Shown here: positions 8,476 to 11,270 of the stretch, piece by piece
Position numbering within the stretch: position 1 is the stretch's first letter
Layout of the letters: each line of letters opens with the position of its first letter
NCBI GenBank assembly: GCA_030704615.1
Contig: JAKLZA010000049.1
Location: 1-11,270 of the forward strand
Direction: 5' to 3'
DNA length: 11,270 nucleotides
Source: Takakia lepidozioides
Lineage: Eukaryota > Plantae > Bryophyta
Made by a program: the position numbers and the translations under genes
Notes under the pieces: model-generated
The model's input: the letters and a program-made list of their open reading frames with translations, nothing else
What the model was told of the DNA's origin: nothing
Database searches by the model: none

Positions 8476-9098
8476 TGTCACGATAATAGGGAACGACTTG
8501 AGGAAAAACAACACTGTGAAGGGAACATGTTAGTTCACAGACGACGGTTAGAGAGGGAAACGGTTAGAACCGCGGATAGGAGGATAAAGGGAAAAACGGG
8601 GAATGAGAGGGGAGAGGGAATCATTATTCGGAGGGGACTTCTGAGTGAGGCTGGAGCGGAGATCGGAGGCAAAAGATGGAGAGCACGGTGAAGGAGGAAA
8701 GAGGATTAGTAGATGCTTGATATATGCAAAGCGGTAGTGATATTGTAGAGCAGATTAGAGACATAATGGCTTCGGCCTGATACCTGATAAATCATAATCT
8801 GATACTTACACGATACAATCACACGTGTAGAGAGATTGAGTGAGTGAAGCTGTGGATTGAATGGATGAGTGAAGAAAACCGATAGATTGATGAAGTAAAC
8901 TAATACTTAATTATCAATGGTAAGGTAGCTAAGATGAATGCGGAAAGGGAAACAAATAGGAACACCCCCATGATACACTAGCTGTAGGTCATGACTGATT
9001 GTTCTGCGCGGGCTGAGTACTTAGAGATTTCCAACTCTTCTATCTTGGAGTTTCCGCCTCGGATAGCGAAGGGATGGGTGAGTAAAAGCCGCGCGACA
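8476..9098 (-). mobile_element. Probable solo LTR (~623 bp) of an LTR retrotransposon
   Basis: Bounded by TGTCACG...CGCGACA (TG..CA inverted termini, 6/7 match). Non-coding with strong purine skew; on the minus strand a TATA-like TATATCAAG (~8716-8724) is followed by a CT-rich tract. Transposase B homology stops exactly at 9099. The flanks ACAGC and CCGGC are not a clean TSD. Confidence 0.6.
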
Positions 9099-10245
9099 CC
9101 GGCCTCAACCTCACCTCCTCCTTGATAATATCCTGGGCTTGTTGAAAAGCGACTCTGCAATTGCCTCTGGCGAGGGGGTGCTCATGCTTTCCGATGTGAA
9201 TGCATGCTCTGGTGCACGCTGGGCCGACGGTCCCAACGTAGTACTGCTTGGCGTTGCACACTGCCATGCAGTAGGGGCTGCGTTGCAATGGGCACACTTG
9301 AACGTCCTGCAGGAACTCTACCTTGAGGCCAAAAATGGGGTCGACGAATTGCCAATCCAGTCAGTCTCATCCTGGTGCCTTTGCTAGTGTAATGGTTAAC
9401 ATGTGCTCGAGAAACATTTAAGATGCCCAACACCACAATACATATCTCACTCGAACTCCATCACCCAGGTTGGACGATGAAGTTTTGGTGACACACCAAG
9501 GGTGGCCGTCATGTTTCCTGTTCATTCCGCGAGCATGCCGTCTGGGCCTGGACTGCCGCACTGCAGGGAACTCGTAGATAGCATTCCCATCCACAACATC
9601 AGGCAAAGTTTCCATAGAATGGATTGGAGTTTTGTCGTAATCAAGCCTAAGAAGGTCACTGGAGCGGGAACCCGTTGTCTTCATCCTCCGCAATATGTCG
9701 ATTACTGAGGGGGCGGAGGAAGTTGAGTGGATGGTGTATGCTGAACACTCCTAGTGACGGACGACTTCGAAACATACGATGGAGGACCCATACAGTCTTC
9801 ATCGTCACTGGATAAGTCGTGGACGACTGTTTCCCTGTTTCCTGGATTTCCCTTTTCACATGTTGGGCTTCTCTGCTTGTGAAGAGGTGCCCACATCCTT
9901 CACATCTTGCACGCCAGACCCTCTTGTGGAAGGAGGATCAACCAAGTTCCAGCGTGGGAACTCTTTAGAGCACGATTTCACCAGTGGCACTGTACCGGAT
10001 GGATTCAGAAGCTAGGAGCCGCCACTCTTTGCCTTTTCCGAAATCTGCATGCAGAATGACGGCACTTTCCAGAAAATTTCCATAAGCATCCTTCGTCTCC
10101 TCTTCCAAAAACACCGTTCCAGGGCGGAGCCCGAACTTCACACACAAGTACTGCTCAGTGACAATCGCAAATCCTTGGTCGCAGGGTATTTAGCTTTCAG
10201 AGAATCAGGATGGAAGTACACGTTGACCCAAACACGGGAGTCCAT
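9099..10245 (-). pseudogene. 5' part of a second, diverged MULE transposase (B), truncated by the LTR
   Basis: Collinear with A: VTEQYLCVKFGLRPGTVFLEEETKD; LDYDKTPIHSMETLPDVVDGNAIYEFPAV; MNRKHDGHPWCVTKTSSSNLGDGVRVRYVL; FKCAHC; CNAKQYYV...TRACIHIGKHEHPLARGNCRVAFQQAQDIIKEEVRLRP. The DDE core and SWIM finger are absent. Confidence 0.85.
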
Positions 10246-10433
10246 TTTGAAGACGGGACCTCTCGGTACGCTCCGCAGCGAAGTCCTGCAATGAGAAGAG
10301 TGTGTCCTACCTAATAACACAAATGATTTTCTGGAGGATTCCGTATCCAACAGGATGGGTGATCAGTGCACGTAAAGATGAAGGTGTGTAACGTACGTTA
10401 AAAAAAACGGACGAAAACAGCAAGTTCACATCG

Positions 10434-11270
10434 GATATTTGGTGCCTGAATTGTAATGTACAACCACTTGGGGTACAATAAATCAGGCCTTCCCATGAAT
10501 TTCGACACCGAAATCTGGATGAACATCTCTGTCATGTAACAGCTTTGGAAGCCAAGGGATGAATTCTGGAAACAGAAATCGTAATTTGTTTACCTCATTA
10601 AACTGACCAAGCACCCAAAAGGATGGATTTCGGTGCCGAGATTCGGATGAACTTCTTCTTCATTAAATTGTATCTGCACATATGGGTTGAATTTAGATGC
10701 CAAAATACGGATGAATGTGTTCCTGATTACAGTCGTGATTGACCACGTGTCCGGATATCGGTGCCTACTTCCGAATGACAGTAATCCTGAATCGGCAGAA
10801 TGGATGTATTTCGGCGCCGAAATTCATTCTTCATCTCCTTTTCCGACCCTAATTCTGCTGCCCTGCGGATGGATTTCGGTGCCAGAATTCATCGGAAGTC
10901 CTTTCTGTTTTTATTTTTCTTTGCGACAGATGAACTTTGGCGCCGAATCTCATCCAAGTACTCCCTTTTAATTTTCCTTTTTCTTCGCGAGCAATGATTT
11001 TCGGCGCCGAAATTCAACCGAAATCCTCCCGATTTTATTTTTTTCTTCACGAGCATTGAATTTCGGCGCCGAAATTCATTCCAAGTCCTCCCGAAATTTT
11101 TTATTTTCCTTCGCGAGCAATGAATTTCGGCGCCGAAATTCATCCGAAGTCCTCCCGAAAATTTTTTTTTCTTCGCGAGCAATGAATTTCGGCGCCGAAA
11201 TTCAGCCGACTTCATCCCTCCAAATTCTTTTCAGGGTTTGAGCGCCGGATTTCGGCGCCGAAATTCATCC
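10434..11270. repeat. Palindrome array B: at least 14 units of GAATTTCGG-CG-CCGAAATTC, period ~63 bp; runs off the right edge
   Basis: Units start at about 10434, 10497, 10561, 10625, 10689, 10753, 10806, 10871, 10932, 10996, 11058, 11122, 11184 and 11247. The first six are degenerate with unrelated spacers; those from 10996 on are near-identical tandem copies. Confidence 0.93.

Noticed and set aside
8476-8977. Shorter LTR ending at ...ATGATACA
   Set aside because: Poorer inverted terminus than CGCGACA at 9098, no TSD, and it would leave 8978-9098 unexplained.
10687-11241. ORFs with MNFGAEIH / EFRRRNS repeats
   Set aside because: Artefacts of array B.
2013-11270. Arrays A and B as the two TIRs of one element
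   Set aside because: They differ in motif and period, and each lies upstream of its own transposase.

Overview
Eukaryotic DNA, most likely from a non-seed plant or streptophyte alga (inferred from a spliceosomal intron, CT-rich leaders and an LTR), made almost entirely of transposon sequence. Left to right: (1) a minus-strand gene with a ParB/Sulfiredoxin-like (DGNHR) domain that runs off the left edge via a probable intron; (2) a ~1.6 kb array of ~29 palindromes GGAAATGCGG-NN-CCGCATTTCC at ~52-53 bp spacing; (3) a plus-strand Mutator-like (MULE) transposase with a novel N-terminal domain, a GCM/WRKY-like Zn domain, a D-D-CxxH-E core, one intron and a C-terminal SWIM finger; (4) a candidate element end with GCTCATG repeats; (5) a probable solo LTR; (6) a truncated, diverged second transposase on the minus strand; (7) its own array of a different palindrome, GAATTTCGG-CG-CCGAAATTC, at ~63 bp spacing. 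The main candidate novelty is a MULE family with a ParB-like accessory gene and family-specific, helically phased (5-turn vs 6-turn) palindrome arrays. Many frameshifts fall in homopolymers and may be long-read errors. All domain calls are by eye; no searches were run.
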